A stretch of 64,000 nt of DNA from Promethearchaeota archaeon (lineage in GTDB: Archaea > Asgardarchaeota > Thorarchaeia > Thorarchaeales > Thorarchaeaceae): contig WJMJ01000078.1 in the NCBI GenBank assembly GCA_014728035.1, forward strand, positions 32,001-96,000, given 5' to 3'. Shown piece by piece: positions 1-9,367 of the stretch (position 1 is the stretch's first letter; the number at the start of each line of letters is the position of its first letter). The notes beneath the pieces are model-generated. The model worked only from the letters and a program-made list of their open reading frames with translations, did not search any database and was not told the origin of the DNA. Position numbers and translations under genes: made by a program.

Positions 1-887
1 GAATTGGCTACTAATTGTTCTAATCTGAGGCGTCTGAGACTTTTGAAGTTTCTAGCTGGTTGATAGATATAGGCAATAGCATTTTTGATGAAGGATTGTC
101 GTTCAATCTCTTGGATGACGCTTTCAACTTCAGAAATAGTATCTACAATCGCACTACCGATAAACATCGGACGTGTTGCAGCCATCATACCAACCCAGAG
201 TTCTTCTTGATATTCTCTAATCAACCAATCCAAAAAATCCTGGCGTGAAATTTCCTTTTCGCTCCACTCAATTCGCGGATGGAAAGCCACTCTATCACCA
301 GCACTTAGACGCCATCGAAGCGAGAATCTAATCCCTCCACCTTCTTTCAGTTCATTTAATGTCCGCCTAACAATTCTTACTGTGATACCAGTAAGACGTG
401 CAATGTCCTTTATTTGCATTCTAGCATCAGAAAGAAGTGCTTTTAACACTCTAATCTGCAATCTAGTCAAGTCAACTTTTGTTCCAGAGGGTGTTGCTAT
501 TGCATGAATTTCTACATTTGATACAGACTCTCTATTGCGCAGGAAATCGGAGAGATCGGTTAGCGCCATAGAGTTTTCATATTCTCCAAATAATAGATAT
601 CCTCCACCAAAAACGGGTGCAACTTGAGAAATAGCTTGATGATGCCCTATCTCAGTAATGAAATTTGACTTCGATTCTGTCCCATCGGTGGTCAACCAAA
701 TGAAGGCCATCTCCGAACCAATCATGGCGGGATTAAATTCTACTATGAAATCGGAAATAATTTCCCTTTCAATTAGATGGTCTATTCTCTTTTTGACCGC
801 ATTTGCAGATATTTCGAGTTTCTTTGCAATTTCTCTGTACGGTGTTCTGCAATCGTGGGCAAGGATTGTTAATATTTCCTTATCCAT
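1..887 (-). CDS. Tandem Lrp/AsnC-type winged-helix transcriptional regulator (runs off window start)
   Basis: Not in the ORF track. Manual translation: MDKEILTILAHDCRTPYREIAKKLEISANAVKKRIDHLIEREII, then a second HTH LQIRVLKALLSDARMQIKDIARLTGITVRIVRRTLNEL; no stop before the window edge. Confidence 0.85.
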   Translation of the reverse strand, partial: MDKEILTILAHDCRTPYREIAKKLEISANAVKKRIDHLIEREIISDFIVEFNPAMIGSEMAFIWLTTDGTESKSNFITEIGHHQAISQVAPVFGGGYLLFGEYENSMALTDLSDFLRNRESVSNVEIHAIATPSGTKVDLTRLQIRVLKALLSDARMQIKDIARLTGITVRIVRRTLNELKEGGGIRFSLRWRLSAGDRVAFHPRIEWSEKEISRQDFLDWLIREYQEELWVGMMAATRPMFIGSAIVDTISEVESVIQEIERQSFIKNAIAYIYQPARNFKSLRRLRLEQLVAN

Positions 888-1105
888 TTTATCTGGCAAT
901 GTCAAGTCAATCAAATGTCTTGTTCTTGGATTATTGAAAAATTATTGGTTAGGTAGATGTGTATTGATTATATTAACTCCCAAACCTAATTATCAGTCCA
1001 TATTGATTATCATAGGTATCCTATTAAACACATATTCTTTTTTAAGAAATTCTGATAGAAAAATGGTGTTTTTTCTGGATAGATTAGCTCTCTTTTGGCA
1101 ACGGA

Positions 1106-1328
1106 ATTTTCGACCTGGGGAAGGAACAAGTATTCAGTGAACAATAATGACTAAGACAAATGAATTCCCACCCCGCGGATCTGACGGCCCCTGGTAAGCA
1201 CCAACCTCAGATTCCGAACCCATGAGATGCTCACATCGGGCATCTCATACTAATTCATTTCGAAGCATTGGGAAATATTGCAATTCAGTCACTCAAAGTA
1301 TGAGTGTAGATAAATAGGTGTTGAAAAT
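1106..1328 (+). ncRNA. Putative structured RNA element A (multi-branched, GGCCCC motif)
   Basis: Nested stems: ATTTTCGAC 1106-1114/GTTGAAAAT 1320-1328; AAATGAATT 1158-1166/AATTCATTT 1252-1260; CGGATCTGA 1176-1184/TCAGATTCCG 1207-1216; ATGAGATGCTC 1222-1232/GGGCATCTCAT 1238-1248. G-U pairs favour the + strand. Confidence 0.5.
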
Positions 1329-1334
1329 ATTCAG

Positions 1335-1991
1335 TCATATAGAAAATGTATCTCCGACTTCCATTTCAACCAATTCAATGTCGTGAATCTCATCAAGCAT
1401 TTGTCTGAGTTCTGAGATTCCTATCCCGCGAATGTGCATCGGAATTACAAATCGGGGTTTAATGATTTTAGCCGCTTCAGCCGCCTCGACATTATCCATG
1501 GTGTATGTATCCCCACAAGGCAACATTGCTACATCAACTGGACCAATTTGTTCCATTTCTGAGATTAGACCAGTATCTCCAGCATGATAGATAGTTTTAC
1601 CATCAATCTGTATAACAAATCCACAGCCATAGTCTTTGGGGTGAAAAGGTTCACCAGGTGACCTAAAACGTTCAGTGTTGTATGCGTGAACAGATTTGAT
1701 TTTTACATCTCTAACATTACATTCCTCATCAGGTGAAATCATATGGATTTCATGGTCAAATGACTTTGCACAGCCTTTTGTTCCAATTACAATGGTGTCT
1801 TCTGTTTTTACCAAATTGAAAGATTCGGGATGGCAGTGGTCTCGGTGTCCATGTGAAATGAGATAGATAGATGCAGGTCCATTGACCGAGTTCTTATGCT
1901 CATCAGAAACATATAGGTCTATGAAGATCTTTTCTACTTCATTTTCAATCATGAATCCCGCATGTCCTAGCCATTGGATATTTACGGTCAT
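1335..1991 (-). CDS. MBL-fold metallo-hydrolase (UlaG/UPF0173-like)
   Basis: WLGHAGF, SHGHRDH, YHAGDT and PMH motifs; start trimmed to MTVNIQW. Confidence 0.9.
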   Translation of the reverse strand: MTVNIQWLGHAGFMIENEVEKIFIDLYVSDEHKNSVNGPASIYLISHGHRDHCHPESFNLVKTEDTIVIGTKGCAKSFDHEIHMISPDEECNVRDVKIKSVHAYNTERFRSPGEPFHPKDYGCGFVIQIDGKTIYHAGDTGLISEMEQIGPVDVAMLPCGDTYTMDNVEAAEAAKIIKPRFVIPMHIRGIGISELRQMLDEIHDIELVEMEVGDTFSI

Positions 1992-2129
1992 AGTAACACA
2001 TACTATCAACTGTCTAACTTGCATATTTGTGTACCTGAAAAATAAGAAAATGTGCAACGAGTTGTCCAATCTTTCTCCTATTGTGTCTTATTGAAACGTG
2101 AAGAACAACCAATGCAAAGAACAGGAAGT

Positions 2130-3371
2130 CTAATACATTCTCTTCTTATCGGGATCAATTGAGGCAGCCTTCTTTGCCAAACGTACAAATGCCTTTGCCA
2201 TTGAAGAGGTGCTTACACCAGCTCCTGCAAGAAGTTGAAGTTTCTTTTTCGTTATCATAGGGATTTTACCTCTATTAGATGAAACATACCCTCTTGGACT
2301 CTCTAGAAATTCCATATGATCTGGTGGTGGTATTATTCCTGCAGCAAGTATAGGAAAACTAGCAATCATCTTTGCAAACATTTCTGCACATAAATCAAGC
2401 AACATATCAGGGTCGGGAAGGTCTTGTTTTCCGTACTTTTCGTTTGCAGCACGCCGAATACTTGCATCGAACATTCGTTCCAACTTATTTGCTCTTTCTG
2501 CTGTGAGACTCGATCCTCTACGGAATACTTCGTAAAGAATTGATTCACCCGCCATTCCCACTCCACTATCATCTGTTGAAGTTGTACGTACGTATCTTGA
2601 AGCGTGTCCTGCTTTGCGTTCTCTCTCAAGAACCTCGAGACGTTCATCAATTGTCTTCTGACCCATTTTGACAATTTCTTTATAGTTCGGTTTCATGATA
2701 TGAGTGTACATTATATCCCAATACAGGTCAGTTCCAGTACTCAGTGGATATACCTCAAATAGTTCAGAGGCAATTTTATTCATCGCCCAAATATCAATTC
2801 TATTTCGTTTTCTTCTATACATCATGTTCAATCCATGAAGGAGAATTGCCGTAATTACTCGAACATCAACCTGATCTGGGTCTGTGGATATCATCTCCCC
2901 AACCTGTTCAGCTGTTGAAACGTAATGTTTGTAGAGTACCATCGATTGGACAGTTACGTCCGGTGTCTTCGCACTTTTCTCGTCAATAATCATAACAAAG
3001 GTCTCAAAACTAGCTGTAATTGATTGTACATAGATACGGACAATAAGATCCAAGATTTCAAGTAGTTTGTATTCCTGATTCTTTTCAAGATTTCGAGAAA
3101 TTAATGAAACATCTGTCACAAACTCTGCAAAATCGTAATCCTCAGGAAGAAGTCCATTTACAATTATATAGTGATAGGCAGCTCCCAAATACAAGGCATC
3201 ATCGTCAGGTAGATTGGGAAAGAGACTGGCAATCAGCTCATTTTCTCTCTTAACAAACCGTCCAACAATCATCTCGTTTGTGGATTTGACTCGTTCAATA
3301 TGCTGAGCTGGATGCTCAAATTTACTCTTTAGCTCACTTAGCATACCCATATCTTGATTATCAACTGTCAT
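2130..3371 (-). CDS. Hypothetical alpha-helical protein (413 aa)
   Basis: Long ORF with an AAGGAGG ribosome-binding site upstream; 16 nt from the upstream gene; no recognised motif. Confidence 0.75.
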   Translation of the reverse strand: MTVDNQDMGMLSELKSKFEHPAQHIERVKSTNEMIVGRFVKRENELIASLFPNLPDDDALYLGAAYHYIIVNGLLPEDYDFAEFVTDVSLISRNLEKNQEYKLLEILDLIVRIYVQSITASFETFVMIIDEKSAKTPDVTVQSMVLYKHYVSTAEQVGEMISTDPDQVDVRVITAILLHGLNMMYRRKRNRIDIWAMNKIASELFEVYPLSTGTDLYWDIMYTHIMKPNYKEIVKMGQKTIDERLEVLERERKAGHASRYVRTTSTDDSGVGMAGESILYEVFRRGSSLTAERANKLERMFDASIRRAANEKYGKQDLPDPDMLLDLCAEMFAKMIASFPILAAGIIPPPDHMEFLESPRGYVSSNRGKIPMITKKKLQLLAGAGVSTSSMAKAFVRLAKKAASIDPDKKRMY

Positions 3372-3387
3372 TCATTTTCCTCCTTTT

Positions 3388-4761
3388 CTAATCTCCACGT
3401 GATAGAAATCGTGATAGGAAGCCACGTTTTCTTGGTTCATCCTCATCGGATTCATCTTCTTCTTCAGTCTTGTTTGCTTCTGGTAATCCCTCGCACATAG
3501 AAGCAATCTCTTCCTTGGACAGATTAAAGATACTCTGAAAAGCCTGATACTCTGGATTATCCGATAGGTCTCCGAAAGATATCCAGTCGCTACGAAGCCA
3601 GTCTTTTACTATAGTTCGAGGAAGAATATCTTCAAAGGATTGGTTCTTTTCCATACCTTCAGTTAAGTCCCGCAAGAGAGTTCTTCCTTCCATATGAGGT
3701 ATCGCTTCGCTAAGAATTCCCAGAGAGTCAGCCATTGATGTTGCCATGTAAATCTTATTTCCATCACGTCTCCAGATGGATTGTGTATCAAATACTTCAT
3801 CACCATTTCTATACTCATAGACTGCTCTTTGTGGGATGTAAATGATATTTGAGAAAATCTCTTGATTTACCTGACTCACTGATACAAGAACCGTGTCAGG
3901 TAACAGACCGAGCTGAACAATTGACACCACATCTATTGGTCTTTGATAATCAGGATGTATGTTAAGTAACATTCCCTTGGGTACAACAAAAGCTGCTTTT
4001 TTGATGGTTGTCTGAGGTGGTACGAAATCAACCTCTGAACCACAATGAGGACATTTTGATTCGACCATCTGGTTCAATGCTAGTTCTTTTTTGCATCCAT
4101 CCATACTACATTGATAGTATGCTTCCACAATTTCAAGTTCAGTAAGAAGCACTGCGTTGATACTTGTTGGTTTTCGAATCGATTCCACACCACCCCTAAG
4201 CTCTCTTCTCTCGAAAATCAAATGATGTTGGAGTGCCAACATGTGTTGTGCAACCTGATCAACATCCTCATAGTCAGCAGACACATCAATTAACTCGGAA
4301 GACCGCATTGCTTGAGCTCGTCTATACGAACCCGAATAATATTTGCAAGTCAAATCAATATAGTTTGTGTAGTCTGTAAGATTCACATCTGCATAAGGTG
4401 TGATGAGTAATCCAAGATAGTAGACATTGCCAGCATGTGACTTAACTTGATAGATATAACTACCAAGCTCGCCCGAAACCGGATTGACAAGCTCAGAACC
4501 ATACTTGATAGTGTGTAGGACATATTGCCTCATCTGAAATAAGTCAATTATATTGAGTTGTCCGAAGCCCACTTCTGCTAATGTGCGGGATCGCTCATCC
4601 TCAATTATCCCTTCCCCTCCTAGAATATTTGCAGAGTTGATCATTCCACCTGTTTCGGACATCGCACTGATTACTGCAATTGTCATAGAATTTTTCTCAA
4701 TGCGTTCTGCTATCGGTTCATGCTTTTCTTTGAATCTATCAAAAACTGGCGGTCTATCCAC
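3388..4761 (-). CDS. Hypothetical protein with central Zn ribbon, possible longin-like domains and acidic/basic tail
   Basis: CSMDGC...CPHC; N-terminal VISAMSETGG strand-turn pattern; tail EEEDESDEDEPRKRGFLSRFL. Confidence 0.7.
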   Translation of the reverse strand: MDRPPVFDRFKEKHEPIAERIEKNSMTIAVISAMSETGGMINSANILGGEGIIEDERSRTLAEVGFGQLNIIDLFQMRQYVLHTIKYGSELVNPVSGELGSYIYQVKSHAGNVYYLGLLITPYADVNLTDYTNYIDLTCKYYSGSYRRAQAMRSSELIDVSADYEDVDQVAQHMLALQHHLIFERRELRGGVESIRKPTSINAVLLTELEIVEAYYQCSMDGCKKELALNQMVESKCPHCGSEVDFVPPQTTIKKAAFVVPKGMLLNIHPDYQRPIDVVSIVQLGLLPDTVLVSVSQVNQEIFSNIIYIPQRAVYEYRNGDEVFDTQSIWRRDGNKIYMATSMADSLGILSEAIPHMEGRTLLRDLTEGMEKNQSFEDILPRTIVKDWLRSDWISFGDLSDNPEYQAFQSIFNLSKEEIASMCEGLPEANKTEEEDESDEDEPRKRGFLSRFLSRGD

Positions 4762-4953
4762 TTGTGCTTCACTTCCCTGAGAGTTCTCTTATTTTCTAAA
4801 TGGAATTGATAATTGAAGCTTCTTGGGATAGAGTGGTATGCGGTATGATCTGATATCCATTGTTTGCTTAGTAAAATGTTGTTAAATATTGAAACTTACA
4901 TAGATGCCCAGTTGTTTGGTTTGATTGAATCAAAGTATTAAGGAGGAATTGAC

Positions 4954-5904
4954 ATAACTGAATATGAAATTAGAACTGATACTGAAGGAATTCCCAATTC
5001 GGATTATCAGTTTAGAACATTTGCTATCGAACATCTAGCTGAAATGACTGCTTTTATCGAGAAGCTGAATGGTGACGGACTACTTAGTAAAAATGAACGA
5101 TTTCAAAAATACATAGAAGATACTTTAACTGGTCCACCAGAGGATTTCCCCGAGGCAAGGTCTGTAATAATCCTTGCAGTATTTACTCCTCTTGCAAAAG
5201 CTACTTTCCAATATGAAGGCAAGGAACTTGAAATTATGGTTCCTCCTCAATACTATCGAACAGGAAGAAAGATGGAGCAACTTGAATATACTGTGCAACA
5301 CGATATTATTGGTAATCCCACGAGCAAGATAAAATTTGAGTATAATGTATTACTGAAACATCTTGCAGTACGAAGTGGTCTGGCAAAATATGGCCGTAAT
5401 AATATTACGTACGTTAGAGATATGGGCTCTTTTTTTACGTTGTATGTCTTCCTGACAGACTATAGTTTTGAAGAAGACAACTGGGGCGATCTTGAGATGC
5501 TCGGAGAGTGTGAAAAATGTCGTTGGTGTGTTAGAAGTTGTCCTACTGGTGCCATCAGAGAAGAACTCTTTGTTTTGAATGCTGGAAAGTGTATAAGTCT
5601 GTACAACGAAGTTTCTGGCGAATTTCCGGAATGGATTTCTAGTTCTTATCATAACTCATTGATGGGTTGCATGAGATGTCAAATAAAGTGTCCTGCAAAT
5701 AAACAGGGGCTGAAAAAGCACATCCAACTTGATACTATTACTGAAGAAGAAACACGTGCAATAGTGAATGAAGAATATACTGAGAGTCTTATGAAATCGG
5801 TTTCAACCAAATTACGAGGTCATCAACCTACTACAAATGAAGAGCTTTATTCCGTATTTAGCAGAAATCTTCGAGCGGTATTAGAAGCAAATTCGTACGA
5901 TTAG
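4954..5904 (+). CDS. Epoxyqueuosine reductase-like / double 4Fe-4S cluster protein
   Basis: CEKCRWCVRSCPTGAI and GCMRCQIKCP clusters; LAVRSGLAKYGRNN. Frame is open from 4942; possible ATA start at 4954 after AGGAGG (first ATG is at 5044). Confidence 0.8.
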   Translation: MTEYEIRTDTEGIPNSDYQFRTFAIEHLAEMTAFIEKLNGDGLLSKNERFQKYIEDTLTGPPEDFPEARSVIILAVFTPLAKATFQYEGKELEIMVPPQYYRTGRKMEQLEYTVQHDIIGNPTSKIKFEYNVLLKHLAVRSGLAKYGRNNITYVRDMGSFFTLYVFLTDYSFEEDNWGDLEMLGECEKCRWCVRSCPTGAIREELFVLNAGKCISLYNEVSGEFPEWISSSYHNSLMGCMRCQIKCPANKQGLKKHIQLDTITEEETRAIVNEEYTESLMKSVSTKLRGHQPTTNEELYSVFSRNLRAVLEANSYD

Positions 5905-5934
5905 CAAATAAAAGGGAAAAATCCATCGAAAAAT

Positions 5935-6777
5935 GTGTGTTTGAAAATGGATAGAGACAAAATTGGTAGCATCTTGTATATTTTGATGTACATCATTGCT
6001 CTTGGATTTCTCACAATCGAAGTATTTCGTCTATATGGCGTGATTGATCAAACCTTTGTAGAAACTATGATGGCAAATCTTGCAGCTAATGATATCATAT
6101 CGTTTGTAGCTATTATAGTAGTACCAATTGTCTTCTTCCTATGGTTCTTTCGTTTCGCCTATAGTGTAGCTCCTCCGGAAGCAAAAAGACAATTATTCTT
6201 TTGCTTCATTCCCCTCGTTATTTTTCTCCTTGTAGGATTTTTTGCAATTCTTGCTATAATGTATATGGCCGTGACATTTATTGGAATATATCTAACTGGA
6301 GTGGGAACTGGCATAAGTGGCTATGAGGATGGTAAGCAGACAACAGGAATCACTTCTATAATTGTTCCAGTTATTGCTATTGTAGGAATAATTCTTGAAA
6401 TGGTAAATCAAGGTTGGTTTGATATCATTATACCTGTTCTAAGTCAATCACTTACTCTACCATGGCCATCTCAAGCTTCATCACCATCTCCCTCGGGATA
6501 TGGAATTGGATATTATATCTCGATGATTTCAATACTGTACAGTATTGTAAAAACAACACGCACCTCTTGGGCTCTTCGAACAGACCTTGTAGGCTCAGAT
6601 TTTACTGATGGGAATGCTGGGACATTATCCATGCTTCTAAATCCGTTATTCATGATATTTTGGGTCCTTACGGTGGTATTTTTGTTTCCATTGTTACCAT
6701 TCATCTACCTGTATTGGGGACTAATGATTCTCTATGTGTTAGCATGGATAACTGGAAAAGCAGGTCTCGTAAGCTGA
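5935..6777 (+). CDS. Multi-pass membrane protein of unknown function
   Basis: About 7-8 hydrophobic segments. Confidence 0.7.
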   Translation: MCLKMDRDKIGSILYILMYIIALGFLTIEVFRLYGVIDQTFVETMMANLAANDIISFVAIIVVPIVFFLWFFRFAYSVAPPEAKRQLFFCFIPLVIFLLVGFFAILAIMYMAVTFIGIYLTGVGTGISGYEDGKQTTGITSIIVPVIAIVGIILEMVNQGWFDIIIPVLSQSLTLPWPSQASSPSPSGYGIGYYISMISILYSIVKTTRTSWALRTDLVGSDFTDGNAGTLSMLLNPLFMIFWVLTVVFLFPLLPFIYLYWGLMILYVLAWITGKAGLVS

Positions 6778-6841
6778 TTATATCTGGATTGACTTGTGCT
6801 CAGATATGGTCACTTTTATCTAGTGAGTATAGTAATCATGG

Positions 6842-7564
6842 TTGAGAATGATGAGAAGATTTGCATCAGTGCTGTTGGTTGTTTCAATAATGGTTCTACT
6901 TGCCGGACCGATTAGAGCACAAGATAGTACGTATCCCACAGTAACCATCAATTTCCGAGAACTACGGATGGTTCCGGAGGACTTCTCATCGCTATCTCAG
7001 ACGGCCCCTCCATTCTCAAATAATGCCACTTTGAAAACTCTACTATCAAATAATGATACTCTTTTCTGGGAGCCTATTGGCAGTCGAAATGCAACATATC
7101 AAATTGATTCAGAGAGTAGCACTTTTGCAATTGTTCAGGTCAATTCCACTGGATTTTATCAGAAACTTGTAGGCCTATCACCCGATAATCAATCAATACA
7201 GTGGATTGCACCTCTAAGTGAAGCAATATCTAACAATTTTACGAATGTAGTAGTAGAAGCAATTGATTTCTTTGCTGATGAAGGGAGATATTGGGGACTT
7301 TGTGAAGAGATTGTCGTACTTCCTGGAGGTCTAGTAAATCAAGAAGATAACTTCGTATGGAGGTTAACATTTCATCTAATAGCTGAAGCTCAGAGGTGGA
7401 CTCTGCTTCTCAATAGTTCGGGTACTCTATTAAGCTATCAAGCAACAACAATTCCGTGTATAAGCTGTTGCAATACAATCCCTGTGATAGTCTTTGGAGG
7501 GGTTATCTTGGCTATTGCTATTCTGGGGATTTATGCTCTGAAAAATGGTGCTCCTTGGAAATGA
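6842..7564 (+). CDS. Secreted, C-terminally anchored surface protein
   Basis: Signal peptide (RRFASVLLVV...IRA-Q), C-terminal transmembrane helix preceded by PCISCC. Confidence 0.7.
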   Translation: MRMMRRFASVLLVVSIMVLLAGPIRAQDSTYPTVTINFRELRMVPEDFSSLSQTAPPFSNNATLKTLLSNNDTLFWEPIGSRNATYQIDSESSTFAIVQVNSTGFYQKLVGLSPDNQSIQWIAPLSEAISNNFTNVVVEAIDFFADEGRYWGLCEEIVVLPGGLVNQEDNFVWRLTFHLIAEAQRWTLLLNSSGTLLSYQATTIPCISCCNTIPVIVFGGVILAIAILGIYALKNGAPWK

Positions 7565-7569
7565 TAAAA

Positions 7570-8319
7570 TCAATCATTATATTTACCAAGTAATGTCTTT
7601 TCAGAATATCCAAACCCTCTATCTGATGGTAATTCTATGAGGATGAAGCTTGAATCAAAATTGGATGTGATAACTAATGGTTCATCAATATCAGCTCTAG
7701 CTTGGTCTTTTGTACTAAGAGTATATTCACCAATATCAAGATATCCAGTTGTCACATACAGAAATATTCGTCTTGGTTTATCAAAATCAAGTGTGATTGA
7801 CTCGCCTGTTTCAAGCATTGAGCGGTAAATTGTTGCGTTGGCATGTAATGGAACCACATCATCAGACTGCCATCCTGATGCAATAGGAAGAAGTTTGTTC
7901 TTCCATTTCTTTGGCATGTATGTTTTCTGCTCATAACTTGGCTCGATATCAAATTCATTTGGTTCGATCCAAATTTGATAGAAATTGGTATTCATATCAA
8001 TCAGATTGAATTCAGAATGGCTTATACCCGAACCTGCAGACATTCTTTGAACATCACATACTCCAATTATTGATTCATTACCTATACTATCTCTATGAGT
8101 CATCTGCCCCTCTTCAACAATGGTGATTATCTCCATATTTTTGTGCGAATGCGTTGGGAATCCAGTATTTGGTGCAACTAGATCATCATTAAAGACTCGT
8201 AATGGTCCAAATCGGATGTTATCAGGATCGTAGTAGTGTGCAAATGAGAACAACCAGTATGTTCGCAGCCATCCAAAGTCTGCAAAGTGTCTCTTATCTG
8301 CTTTGATTATCTTAAACAT
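7570..8319 (-). CDS. Pirin family protein (YhhW-like)
   Basis: FGPLRVFNDD, GFPTHSH, HRDSIG, MSAGSGISHSE, QIWI. Confidence 0.92.
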   Translation of the reverse strand: MFKIIKADKRHFADFGWLRTYWLFSFAHYYDPDNIRFGPLRVFNDDLVAPNTGFPTHSHKNMEIITIVEEGQMTHRDSIGNESIIGVCDVQRMSAGSGISHSEFNLIDMNTNFYQIWIEPNEFDIEPSYEQKTYMPKKWKNKLLPIASGWQSDDVVPLHANATIYRSMLETGESITLDFDKPRRIFLYVTTGYLDIGEYTLSTKDQARADIDEPLVITSNFDSSFILIELPSDRGFGYSEKTLLGKYND

Positions 8320-8676
8320 AAAGGATTCCTCTATTCAGAAGGAGCTCACAATATTGAGCGAATCTACAATACCCTTCTCTCATTCCATTATTGGATTTAT
8401 CCCTTATACATCTTAACTTTTCACTAAAATGCATAAATCTCGAATTCGATTTGTTTTTCAAAGCTTGTTCTATTGTTTTATATGAAAACAATAGAATCAT
8501 GTTCTTGATATTTTCCGGGTAATTATGGATTCTAATAGAAAATATGTCTGTATTATCAAACGGTATCGTAGAACTCTCGTCCATAATGATTTCAAACGGT
8601 ATAATATTATATATTATACCATAACATCTCCACCTATAGCGTTAAAGTGTAATTGATGAAAAAGGGATTGAAAATA

Positions 8677-9030
8677 ATGTCCGAAGAAGAATTTCCAAAA
8701 TTAAATCCTAATGAAACTGTGATTCGAGAAAACAAAGCAAAACATGTGCGACACGGTGGACAGACAAAACAAGGTGGTACTTTGATATTAACAGACCAAA
8801 GACTCATCTTTGGTCGTCATACCTCTTTCTTATTCTTCCTGTTCAAAAAAACTCACGTGGCTGCAGACATATCACTAGGTGACATCGACAAAATTGAAAC
8901 TCAAGGCATGCTCAGAAAGTCATTGGTTGTTCACTACACAGTTAACAACAACACCGAAACAGATGTCTTTGAAGTTAGTGATGTTGAAGAATGGGAGTCG
9001 AAACTAAAAGAATTGGTTAGCTCAGAGTAG
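8677..9030 (+). CDS. Small PH/GRAM-like domain protein
   Basis: ETVIRE...GGTLILTDQRLIF...ISLGDIDKIE...EEWESKLKE pattern. Confidence 0.7.
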   Translation: MSEEEFPKLNPNETVIRENKAKHVRHGGQTKQGGTLILTDQRLIFGRHTSFLFFLFKKTHVAADISLGDIDKIETQGMLRKSLVVHYTVNNNTETDVFEVSDVEEWESKLKELVSSE

Positions 9031-9240
9031 ACTCCAGATCAGGATTGTCAGCATATTTTATACTGTTGGTAGCCTTCTGATTTAATCATTTCAGAGTTTA
9101 TCGATTTTGACACCAAATCAAGATTGGTTTGGTGCTCCTCTTTTTTTTGTAAGTTTTCTCAATAAGAGCTATCAATGGCAAAAGCGTTATATCACCAAAA
9201 CGTCTGATTTCAGTTAGACTCCTACTCATTGTATTCTTAT

Positions 9241-9358
9241 GCGGAGGTTGCCAAGCCAGGCCAAAGGCGTAGGGTTCAGATCCCTATCTCGTAGGAGTAA
9301 AATGCGTGCTTGCCACGTATTTGCCTAATCGCGTGTTCAAATCACGCCCTCCGCACCA
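9241..9358 (+). tRNA. tRNA-Leu(CAG) with encoded CCA and a 30-nt intron (9299-9328) at a non-canonical site
   Basis: Acceptor GCGGAGG/CCTCCGC-A-CCA; D arm GCC..GGC; anticodon stem TAGGG/CCCTA with TT-CAG-AT (CAG 9277-9279); variable arm CTC-GTAG-GAG; T arm GCGTG-TTCAAAT-CACGC. Confidence 0.93.
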
Positions 9359-9367
9359 TTCTACAAA

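Noticed and set aside
658-1140. 160-aa + strand ORF (and 60..248)
   Set aside because: Antisense shadow of the Lrp-type gene on the - strand; no protein-like motifs
8312-8584. 90-aa - strand ORF upstream of pirin
   Set aside because: AT-rich, no recognisable motif; may be real but is unsupported
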